This document shows, in pieces, positions 1 to 12,010 of a DNA stretch of 64,000 bases. The notes beneath the pieces are model-generated. The model made no database searches. It worked only from the letters and a program-made list of their open reading frames with translations, and was not told where the DNA came from. The DNA is from the human T2T-CHM13v2.0 reference genome, Homo sapiens. Numbering within the stretch: the first letter of the stretch is position 1; each line of letters begins with the position of its first letter. The stretch lies in assembly GCF_009914755.1 (NCBI RefSeq), contig NC_060940.1; one strand, written 5' to 3'. A program made the position numbers and the translations under genes.

Positions 1-398
1 ACACCCCAGGAGGACACGGAAGCTCCAGGCCATCCTGCCCCAGAACCTTACTTCAGGCACATCTTCCATTAGGCTGTTGCTGAGTTTTATCCTTTATAAC
101 GAACCAGTAATAGTGAGTAAAAGGCTTTTGTGAGTTCTGTGAATCAATCTAGGAAATTATTGAACTTGAGAAGGCGGTCGTGGGAATCCTTGAGTTTGTA
201 ATTGCCTGGGCAAAAGTGTGGGTCACCTGGGGACCCCATTTGTGCCTAGCATCTGAAGTAGGGGGAAGTGCTGTGGGACTGAGCACTAAACCTGTGGAGT
301 CTGACACCAACTCTGAGCCATTAGTGTCAGAATTAAATTGAATTGTTAGAAATCCAGTTGGTGTTGGAGAGTTGGAGAACCAGTGTCAGGAAATACCA
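1..398 (+). mobile_element. MER21-family (MER21C-like) LTR, 3' part
   Basis: Recalled MER21 motifs: tgagttctgtga, gcatctgaagt..gtgggactgagc, gtgtcagaattaaattgaattg. Confidence 0.75.
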
Positions 399-401
399 CT
401 G

Positions 402-563
402 GGCTGGGCACGGGGGCTCATGCCTGTAATCTCAAGACTTTGGGAGGCCGAGGTGGGCAGATCGCTTGAGTCTAGGAGTTCAAGATCAGCCTGGGCAACA
501 CAGCAAGACACCCTATCTTTACAAAAAAGAAGGGAGAAAGAAAGGAAGGAAGAAAGAAAGAAA
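402..563 (+). mobile_element. Alu monomer (FLAM-like)
   Basis: Left-arm Alu sequence, A-rich tail, TSD aaataccac on both sides. Confidence 0.9.
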
Positions 564-985
564 ATACCACATACAGTTCCTCAATGGATATCTGTTGAAT
601 GAACAGAGAACACTAGCTAACATAAATTAGGCACAATGTCCTGAGTGGTATGCTAAATACTTTCTATGCACTAATTTAGAAACTACTTTTTGAGTTAGTA
701 CTATGTCATGTGCCTGGCTTGGTGCTTGGTACAGCTGTGAACAATGAAGCCAATTCAGCACATCTGTTTTAGCGCCTAACTGCGTGCCATGCACTGTTCT
801 AGGTCCTGGAGATATAGCTGTGAGCAACTTAAGTTTACCTAACAAATATTTATTGAGTTCCTACTATGTGTCAGACACCATTCCAGGCCTGCAGAATACA
901 GCAATGACCACAAGTCAAATCCCCACCCTGTGTGCATTTTTCAGGAGTCCTAGGAGCGAAGTCATTTTGCACTTAAGGAAATTGA

Positions 986-1290
<305 letters not shown>

Positions 1291-1410
1291 ATTGAGGCTC
1301 AGAGAGGTTAATTGTCTTTCACAAAGTCACACAGCCAGGGTAGTAAGGCTAGACCTAACCCCTGCCCAACTGACACCACTGCTTGTGTTCTCACTCTCTG
1401 GCCTAGGCTC

Positions 1411-1412
<2 letters not shown>

Positions 1413-1466
<54 letters not shown>
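1413..1466. repeat. (TG)27 microsatellite at an Alu tail
   Basis: Read directly. Confidence 0.95.
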
Positions 1467-1468
<2 letters not shown>

Positions 1469-1616
1469 AGACAGGGTCTCACTCTGCCACCCAGGCTGGA
1501 GTGTAGTAGCCTGATCACAGCTCACTGCAGCCTCGACCTCCTGGGCTCAAGCAATCCTCCCCCCTCAGCCTCCTGAGTAGCTGGGACTACAGGCTTATGC
1601 CACCACACCCAGCTAA
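1467..1616 (-). mobile_element. Alu right arm (AluJ/FRAM-like)
   Basis: Reverse-complement Alu right monomer. Confidence 0.85.
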
Positions 1617-2744
1617 CCAGGCTGAGTCTTAATGTTGGAGTGAGTCCTGTGGTCCACCAGGCTGGGCAATTTAGGGGCTCCTAAGTCTCCCACACAAGCC
1701 TCCCTCTTCCAGGCCCCCCAGCCCTACTCCCTCTTCTCTGGTACACAGAATGCCTAATGAGACTGGCACTGTTCCCGAGTGACACCCCCGAGTGCCGTAA
1801 TGTGTTTTTGTGTGCAAAACCCTGTGTTCAGCAAATTGCTGTGACCAAGACCCTATCCAGTTACCTGACGCATCAGAGGTATGTTCTGTGGGGCTGCCAA
1901 GCAAAGCAGAGAATAATACTTCTAAGAATTTTAACCATTAGATAGAAAAAGCGTGGTCCTGGCAGCCCCTGGCAGGCACTGCCGAGTGGGAACCAGATAC
2001 AAAGCAAACAAGAAGGGCGAGTGGCACGTGTGGCCTGTTGTCCTTGCCGGTGGGTCAGCCGCCCTGGCCCCACAGTTGCATTGTCAAAGCCACCAGTCAC
2101 CTGACTTTTGTTGCTGGCTGGCTGGAGACCGTGGCCCTGGGTTTTCCATACATCAGCTTGGAACTCTGAGCTGAGATCAGCTTCCTGGAGGGGTGGGTTC
2201 AGTTTGGACAACTGCTGAGCAGAGGGGTATTGGCTCTGATGCCACGCTGAGAGCTTCTGTGGCTGTCCCTCATCTCAGTGGCCTGTGAACTTCAGGCAGG
2301 TGACTCATCCTCACTGGAACTTACTCGGGATGGCAATCAGAATATCTCCTTCATTTGGGAGGATTAGAGAAGTGAGTGAGTTCAGAGAAGCAAAAAAGAA
2401 CCGAGTCTGGCTCACTCCTGAGACTCTGCTGCTGCTAGCTGTTACCTGAAAGTCAGGCATTCATGCAACAAATATCCATGAAGCACTGCCTAGGTGCCCT
2501 GCCAAGTGTGCACAATGGTAAGTAGAACAGATTTAGTCCCTGCCTTCATGGTGCTTATGGTCCAATGAGGGTGATGGGCAGCTAAGGAGTCCTATCAACA
2601 AATATGACATTGGAATGGGGTCCAGTGTTGGGGAGAGAGTCCTAAGGTGTCTATGATGGGAGGTTTTGCTGGGTAGGGAAGTTGGGAGAAGTCACTCTGG
2701 GGGACTTTGGGGGTGCTCTAGACTTCAAAAATGAGGACATTCTC

Positions 2745-4193
2745 AAGAAGCAATGGCAATACAACGGAGCAAAGAAACACTTTTCAACAAATGGTTCTGG
2801 AACAACTGGACATTCACTTGCTAAAAAATGAATCTAGACACGGAGTTTATACCCCTCACAAAAATTAACTCAAAATGGATCACAGGCCTAAAAGTAAAAT
2901 ATAAAACTATAAAACTCCTAGGAGATAACAAGAGAAAATCTGATGACCTTGGGTTTGGCAATGACTTTACAGATACAGCACCAGAAGTGCAATCCATGAA
3001 GGAAAGACTTGATAAGCTGAGCTTCATTAAGATGAAATACTTCTGCTATGGGAAAGACAATGTCAAAATAATGAGAAAACAAGCCATGGACTGGGAGAAA
3101 ATATTTGCAAAAGATACATCTGATAAAGAACTGTTATCCAAAATATGCAAATAACTCTTTAAAAAATCAACAATAAGAAAACAAGCCAATTAAAAAGTGG
3201 GCCAAGGACTTTAACAGACTCCTCACTAAGGAAGATACACAGATGGAAACCAGCATATGAAGAGATGCTCCACATCATATGTCATCCAGAAAATGCAAAT
3301 TAAAACAACAACGAGACACCACCACGTGCCTGTTAGAATGGCCAAAATCCAGAACACCGACATCACCAAATGCTGATGAGGAGGTGGAGCAACAGGAACT
3401 CTCACTCATTGCTAGTGGGAACACACAATGGCACAGCCACTTTGAGAGGCGGTATGACATGTTTTTTTGTTTGTTTGTTTTTACAAAAACTAAACATACT
3501 CTTATCATACAATCCAAAAATTGCACTCCTTGGTATTTATCCAAAGGTGCTGAATGTTTACGTCTGCACAAAAACCTGCACATGGAAGTTATAGCCATTT
3601 ACTTGTCAAAATGTGGCAATTGGAAGACAACAATCTTCCCATGTCTTTCAGTAGGTGAATGGATAAACTGTGGTGCCTCCAGACAACGGAGTATTATTCA
3701 GTGTTTAAAAAATGATCTATCAAGCCATGAAAAGACAAGGAGGAAACTTAAGTGCATATTCCTAAATGAAAGAAGCCAATCTGAAAAGGCCACAACTGTG
3801 TGATTCCAATGATATGACATTCTGAAAAAAGGCAAAACTATGGAAATCAGAAGAGCAGGGGTTGCCAGGGGTTAGGAGGAAGGGATGAATAGGTGAAGCA
3901 CACAGGATTTTTAGGACAGTAAAACTACTCTCTATGATCCTGTAATGGTGGATACATGTCATTATAAATTTGCCCAAACTCATAGAATGCACAACACCGA
4001 GTGAACCTTAAACTACGGACTTTAAGTGATAATGATGTACTCATGTAGGTTCATCAGTTGCAGCAAATGTACCACTCTGGTGGGGGATGTCGACAATCAG
4101 GGAGGCTTGGGAGGGAAATTTCTGTGCCTTCCACTCAAGGTAGCTGTGAACTGAAAACTGTTGTAAAAAATAAAGTCTATTAAATTAAAAAAC
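2745..4193 (+). mobile_element. 5'-truncated L1 (L1MC1-like): ORF2 C-terminus remnant plus 3'UTR
   Basis: ORF 2828-3154 resembles the L1 ORF2p C-terminus (KINSKWI..KTIKLL..WEKIFA); L1MC-type 3'UTR ending aataaagtctattaaattaaaaaa. Confidence 0.9.
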
Positions 4194-4199
4194 AATGAG

Positions 4200-4690
4200 G
4201 ATATTATGAGGGTAAAGAAAGGGACAAGTTTTCTAGGTAGAGGGAACAGCATGGGTGAAGGCCTAGTGGCAAGAGGAAGCCTAATGACTCCAAGGACTTG
4301 GAATGAGTTCAGTATGGCTGACTGCAGAGGGACAGGGAACTTGGAGATGATGCTGGAGAGGCAGGTGGGTAGGGGCTGAGTCTTGTGCACTTTGTAGGCC
4401 AAGTTCAGCAGTTTTGCCTTTCACCTAAGAGCAGTAGGAAGCATAAAAATGCTTTAGCCAGGTGATGACTTGATTTGATTGGTGTTTTAGTAAAGATCAG
4501 TCTGGCTGCTATCTGGAAAATAGAGCATAAGGGCCAGGAGGGGAAGCCCAGAAGCCAGCGAGGGAAGATGGTGGCTTGGACCCAGATGTGGTGATGGTGG
4601 GTGGGTTTGAAAGGCAGCAGGGCTTACTGCTATGTTAGATGTGGCTGGGCTGCAAGGGTTGGGGGAGGGGCTCAGAAATGAATGTCATTG
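4200..4690 (-). mobile_element. L2 fragment
   Basis: Typical antisense L2 text (agagggaacagcatg..gaaggcc; aagatcagtctggctgct). Confidence 0.7.
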
Positions 4691-4977
4691 TCCCTGGGTT
4701 CCTGTGGAGAACCAGCAGGGCCTGCCCAAGTCACACTCAGTTCCCAGGCAGGTGAAGCTGCATCTGATTATCTGCCCCTAAGAAGCTTCCAAAGGCCAAG
4801 AAAGCCTGAGCTAGCCACAGCCCTTCCCTTGTTCCCCACGCTTACCAGCCTCTCTCCAGGTGCTCATGAAGGTAAAGTGAAGCCTCTGGAGGACAGACCT
4901 GCTGCCTTCCCTCCCCTGGTGCTGGGAGGAGCTTGGGGCTCTGACCCTCTCTCCTCCTCACTCAGGGCAGGCCCCTT

Positions 4978-6577
4978 TGATGGCAGCGGCAGCCTGTCTG
5001 GAGTGGCTCCTGCAAAGATGCTAGCTGCAGTGGGAGAAGTGTGGCTGGGGCTGCATGTCCCATGAGAATAGGCAGAAACCCCACCCACTTCTGAGAGGGC
5101 GCGGTGGGAGCCCCACCCTCATGGGCACAGCTGCAGCTACCCAGCTAGCTGCAGCCACAGACCTGGTCATATCTGCACTCTCAGGGACCTGGGAAGCCCC
5201 TTGCCCCTGCAGACTCGGAAATTTCTGTTCCTGCTGTCTGGCCTCTCTCCACTCCCAGTACCCACTCTGATCTCAGAGCAAAGTAGAGGCCAAGCCTGGG
5301 TGCTATTGCAACCCGACTGGGTGTGTAGACGCTCAGGGCAGTGCTGACATGCCAGCCCCCTGCCACCTTGGCCCCTTCTAGGGGCCAAGCATGGGAGGGA
5401 GGCTGAGGGGGTTGACAAGCATGGGAGGGAGGCTGAGGGGGCACTGAGGGCAGTTTGGCACTGGCTGAGGGAGGGAGGTTGACAAGCATGGGAGGGAGGC
5501 TGAGGGGGCACTGAGGGCAGTTTGGCACTGGCCTGCAGGCGCCCCTCAGCAGGAACAGCCTGGGAGCCATGAATAGAGGCAGGAGGCAGACAGGCCGCAG
5601 AAAGGGACAGGTCCCTGGTGAAGGCCCATCTTCAAGCTAGGGATGGCCTGAAGCCTGGGGGCCCAGGCTGCCAGTTCTGTGGATGGGAGTGGGAACTTAC
5701 AGTACTTTTCCCAGGCCTATTCGTGGTTACCCATGGATCAATCAGCATGGACTTCCTCCCCTCCGAAGCTCATAAAAGCCCCAGACTCAGCCAGACTCAG
5801 ACATCAGGACGACCTGCCTGGGAAGAGGAGCTAGCCACTATGGGTCTTCTCTCAGCTGAGGGCTGAGCAGAAGTTGGGCCAACCTGCCTGCAGAGAGGAG
5901 CTACTCACTGTGGGTCTCCTGAGAGCTGTACTGTAGCTCAATAAAGCACCTCTTCACCTTGCTTACTCTTCACTTGTCTGCATACCTCATTCTTCTTGGA
6001 TGTGGGACAAGAACTTGGAACACACTGAAAGAGCTGTAACCCAAATGGGGTTGAAACACGCCCTTTGTTTGCCAAATTGTGGTAATAATGAGAAGGAGAG
6101 AAGAGAGAAGGAGAGAAGAGTTGCAGCCCTTTGGGGTGCCCAGACCTAGGAGCTTCCTGAGCCAGAGCTGTGACACTCACTTTGGGGCTTGGCAGTCCCT
6201 GGCATCTCCAAGCTTCTGGGCACCACCATGTTCCCCAGCACCAGCAGTATAAGCTGCTTGTCATAGGCCTGGTTCAGCCACGGCCTTGCAGGGAGCTGCC
6301 AGCTGTTTGGTGCCTGGAGTTGGCCTCTCTGCCGCAGCTGGCATGCATGGCTGTGTGCAGTAGCTGGACCCCACACCCACTCGCATACCCCTCACCACTC
6401 TGCACCTGGCTCATTCTTGGCAGATGTGGGATCCAGGATGGTAGTGCAAGCTAAGTGCAACCTGCCAGGCTGAGTGGGCAGAACAAGCCCAACAGGCCCA
6501 AGCAAGACTTGGGCAACTGCATTGCTGGCCACAGAAGTTTCTGGCCAGAAAAGTGACACCCCAAGAATCCCATGACA
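4978..6577 (+). mobile_element. MER52-family solo LTR (ERV1)
   Basis: TGATGGCAGCGGC start, ...aagaatcccatgaCA end, internal AATAAA, near-TSD cctt/cctc. Confidence 0.85.
5386..5532. repeat. Local tandem duplication inside MER52
   Basis: caagcatgggagggaggctgaggggg at 5386, 5416 and 5483; identical ~54-bp block at 5411 and 5478. Confidence 0.9.
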
Positions 6578-6609
6578 CCTCCAGAGCTGAAGCCAGTCCT
6601 GATGTCTTC

Positions 6610-6890
6610 CATGGTTTAGTGCAGTGGCTACAGAGCTGGTTTTGGTGTCAGACATACCTAGGTTTGGGTCCAGATTCTGCCAGTTACAATTATCTGTGGG
6701 ACTTTGGGGCAAATTCTCAACCTTTCTGTACTTGTTTTCTTATCTGTATTAAGCGGCGGGGGGGGGGGGGGGGGGTGGGGGGAAGTGGGCACTTAACTTG
6801 CAAATTATCATGAGGATTTCAATGAGTTATTCCATATAAAACACTAGGGAAAATGCTGGGCACATAGTAGGTGCTTAAATATTAGATATT
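6610..6890 (+). mobile_element. MIR containing a G18-T-G6 run (6758-6782)
   Basis: MIR 3' text gcacatagtaggtgcttaaat; G run read directly. Confidence 0.75.
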
Positions 6891-7849
6891 TTTAAAATTT
6901 TTATTTTAAAATTGTAAGTGGACAAATTACAGTTGTATGTATTTATGGAGTAAAAAGTGATATGATTTGTGAATACAGTGTGGGATAATTTAACCTACTT
7001 AACATGTCTCTCACTGCAAATACTTATTTTTTGTGGTGAGAGCATTTGAAAATCTTAGCAATTTTTGAAATGCACAATATGTCATTACTTAGTATATTTG
7101 CCACTCTGTGCAGTATATCTCAATATATTTCAAAGTAAAAACCAAAAAACAAAACATATTCCTCCTGTCTGACTGATGCTTTGTAACTCTGACCATCCTT
7201 TCCCTCAGCCTCTACTAAAGACCATTCTACTCTTTGCTTCTTTGAGTCTTTTTATTGTTTTAGAGTCCACAAAGAAGTGAGAACATGCGGTATCTGTCTC
7301 AGTGTCTAGCTTATTTTACTTAGCTTAATACTGTCTGATTCCATCCACGTTGTTGCAAGTGACAATATTTCTGTCTGTTTTTAAGGCCAAATAGTATTTT
7401 ATTGTGTATATATACCATATTTTCTTTATCCATAAATGTCTCTCAAAAGAAGGTGTACAAATGGCCAACAGATATATGAAAAAATGCTTAACATCACTAA
7501 GCATTAGGGAAATGCAAAGTAAAGCACAAGGAGATATGACCATACCTGTTAGAATGGCAATTATTAAGAAGACAAGTGTTGATGAAGACGTGGAGAAAGG
7601 GAACTCTTGTGTACTGTTGGTGGGAATGTAAATTAGAACAGCCATCATGGAAAACTGCATGGAGGGTCCTCAAAGAGCTAAAAATAGAATTACTATAGGA
7701 TCCAGCAATCCCACTTCTGGGTATTTACCCAAAAGATTTGAAACCAGCATGTCAAAGAGATGTCTGCACTCCCGTGTTCACTGCAGCACTATTCACAATA
7801 GCCTGCAATGATATGAAATCAATCTAAGTGTTTATGAGCAGATGAATGC
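6891..7849 (-). mobile_element. L1 (L1MA-type) with 5' inversion
   Basis: 6891-7433 is an antisense L1 3' end, 7434-7849 is sense L1; 12-bp TSD atattagatatt at 6879 and 7850. Confidence 0.85.
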
Positions 7850-8154
7850 ATATTAGATATTACCATTAAAAATAACCAGAAAATGGGAATAATGATCACA
7901 GGGCTGTTGAGAAGACTACACGTATAATGTGACCATCACAATGCCCAAAATGTCTTTGTTGTTGATTTTACAACAGGCTAGATTGAAAACCACATCAGAA
8001 TCCAATGAGGATCTTTTAAGTCAGTTCTAGAGACCCATACAATGAAATGTGAAAGAGCCATTAAAAAGTTGTTGTAGGAGGATATTTAATGAAAGGTGAA
8101 CTTGGTTATTCTATGACATGAAGAGAAAAAAATCAGCTAAAAATGTATGTGTAG

Positions 8155-8460
8155 GGCCAAGCGTTGTGACTCATGCCTGTAATCTCAGCACTTGGGGAAG
8201 CTGAGGTGGGAGGATCACTTGAGGCCAGGAGTTTAAGACCAGCCTAGGCAGCATAGCAAGACCCTGCCTTTACAAATTAAAAAAAATAAATTAGCCAGGT
8301 GTGGTGGTGCATACCTGTAATGCCCCCTTCCCAGGAGGCTGAGGCAGGAGGATTGCTTGAGCACAGGAATTTGAGGCTGTAATGAGCTGTGATTGCAGCA
8401 CTGCACTCCAGCCTGGGTGACAGAGAGAGAGTCTCTAAAAAATAAAACAATAAAACAGAA
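8155..8460 (+). mobile_element. AluJ
   Basis: Dimeric Alu. Confidence 0.9.
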
Positions 8461-8464
8461 AACA

Positions 8465-8978
8465 TGGCCTCAAATCCTTTGACCTTCTTCCCATGATCTC
8501 AACCCTTGAATCTGGACAGGCATGTGACTGCTTTGACCAACAGCTGCGGCAGAAATGACACAATGTAGCTTCCAAAACTAGGTCATAAAAGGCCATGGAA
8601 TTTCCCTTCACTTGCTCAACCTCCATTCTTGGAGCCTGAGCCTTAAGGTAAGAAGTGCAACTACCCTGAGGCTGCCATACTGTGAGGAACCCTAAGCCAC
8701 ATGGAGAAGCCATGCATAGGCACTTGGGGCAACAGCCTCAGCAGAGTCAGCCCAGTTCATGAGCCAGACATATGAATGAAGAAGCTTCTAGAAGATTCTA
8801 GTCTCCAGCTGTTTGAGTCTTTCTAGCTGAGGCTTCAGACATCACAGGAGCACAGATAAGCCATCCCTTACGTGCCCTATTCAAGTTTCTGAAGCACAGA
8901 ATCTGTGAGCATGATTAAATGGTTATTCTCTCCCAGCAAATTTGGGGTGGTTTGTGATATAGTGCTAGATAACGGGAA
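8465..8978 (+). mobile_element. MLT1 (G/H-like) MaLR LTR
   Basis: gtgactgctttgaccaa, ctaccctgaggctgccat, tttggggtggtttgt..agataac. Confidence 0.75.
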
Positions 8979-11216
8979 TGGGAGATTTTAGGATTTTTTA
9001 TTCTTTTAACTCTACATTTCTGAAACTTTACTTTTTTATGGTGAGTGTATGTTTTTATGACTAAGAAAATATTTATAAGGAAATATTTATTGAGTGAATA
9101 AAGAAAGAAAAAAATGAATGAATGAAAATGGGAGAGAGGAAGAGTGGGAGAAAGAAAAGAGGGAGGAAGCTGTTTTGTGGGAAGGCCCCGACTCCAACCC
9201 TCTCAGGAATTACTGACTTCAGATAAGTCTCCCTTGAACCTTTCTTTCCTCCATGTCCCATTCCTTGAGCCACTTTGTCCTCAGGCCATGACCAAAAGGC
9301 AGAGCATTCAATGACTCTGAGTGAGATAGAGCTGGGTTTCAGTCTGATGGCTCCACCTCTTACTGCCTGTATGTCTTTGTACAACTCACTCACCCTCTCT
9401 GAGTGCATGTCAGAAAGTGGGGTGCACACAAACACTTGGACATGTGGGAGAAGCCTGATTCAAACCTAGAGCTGGCTGACTTTTGACAGAGCAGCCCCTC
9501 TTTATCCATTAAGGGGGTCCAGGACACTGCCTCGAGGGACATTGGGAGAGGGGGCTACCCTCAGCCAGCCACGTCCTGGGAGCCCTCTGTGTGGGCTGCC
9601 ACTGGGCCAAGGTGCCAGGCACAGAGGGGGAAGGCTGGGGCCCAGGCAGAGGCCGGGGCTGCTCCAGCCCCTCCAGGAAGCCGAGCGATCCCTCCTGTAA
9701 ACCTTTCACCCCTGCACGCTCTGAATGAAGCCATTCAGAGGAAGAAACCTGACCGGCGCATGTTTTATGCATGGTCCGGCTGTGCCAGCAGCAGCGGGTC
9801 TCCCAGGGTGGTATTATTTTTAGCTGGAGCATGTGAGGGGGCTGGGGACTTGAAAGAAGCAGGCTGGTCACCCACCTGTCCACCCTCTTCACCCAAGGAC
9901 CCCCATCTTTGCTGGGTGACCATGGGCAGTGTTAGTGCGGTCTGTGCCCAGCACTGGGGGCTCTGCCCACAGAGCCAGGCTTTGGTTGGGGGGGGTCTTG
10001 TAGCCCCAGGCTGTCTGTTTTGCAGCCAATGAAAGCAGCTGGTCACCTCCACACCTGCATGCCCTTCCACCCCCAACAGGGGCTCGCTCCCTCACTTTCA
10101 CAGGTGTTGACTCAGGGTAAGGCTAAACCCTTGGGAGGGGAACAGGCACGTTTCTGAGACTGTGTGAGAGGATGTCACCTTTGTCAGCCTTTCAAAAATC
10201 CTCTGTGGCTGCAACACGTAATCTGGCTGCTGGAGGTGGCTGGTTTTCAGCACTCCCAGTTTCTTCCTGGACAGCGGCCCGGGCGGGTAGAGTGTCCGCT
10301 TCAGGGGAGAGTGTCAGGGAGTCCTGGGTCATTAACATCTTTCACTGTCAAGTTTCCACCCTGTTTCCTGGTCTTCCTGCCTTGCTTTCCACCAAGTTTC
10401 CACGGCAATGTGGCTAGCATTTATTGAGCACCTACTGTGTGCCTGGTGTTTTCACACATCATCGCTGTCCACCTGCACCTTTGCCTTTTGGATGGGTACT
10501 GCTGTGGACCACATTTTTCCTAAGGGGAAACCAAGGCTCAGAGAGAGAGAGTGACTTACTTGGGGCGACACAGCAAGTTATGGCAGAGCTGGACTCAGAC
10601 CCAACCCTGCCTGACCCAAGGAACACAGTGCACTTTGAGGTCTCTGACCTGGTAACATCTTTAGGTTAAGAGCCCAAACTCACAGCTTGGGGGTGTCTTC
10701 TCCTTGCTGTGTTCTCTCCTTTTAATGAATCATCAGAAACTTTAAAATATAGGCATGAGGATCTGTGCAGATCATATTTTTCAGCTGGAGAAACTAGATG
10801 GAGGCAACAGAGGCCCAGAGAGAAGAGGACACTTCCTCAAGGTCACTTGGTGCCCCAGGGCTGACCCAGAACTCAGGCTCCTTCTGTTTCTGCACAGGAC
10901 TCCCCAGCTGCCTCACCTCCCTGGGCCTCCCTCTGCCCACCTGCCAACTGGAGCAGTCACTCAGCTTGGCTCCCAGGCCATTGCGGACAGGAAGGGGCTT
11001 GGGGAGTGGACAGGCCTGCGTTCCCGACACTAGCCATGGGAACCCTCTCTCCTGCTTGGCCCACGCTCACCACACACTCTGAGCCTGGTCAGCTCATGAC
11101 CCCTAAGGCAGCTGCCTGTCTCCCTGCATTTGAAATGTCTAGGTTGTGGAGGGTCTAGCCAAGAGCGCTTGCTGAGTTGTTACTGCGTGGATGAATGGTA
11201 AATGCTACGCAGGTAA

Positions 11217-12010
<794 letters not shown>

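Noticed and set aside
2828-3803. Protein-coding ORFs of 108 and 174 aa
   Set aside because: Broken L1 ORF2/3'UTR remnants.
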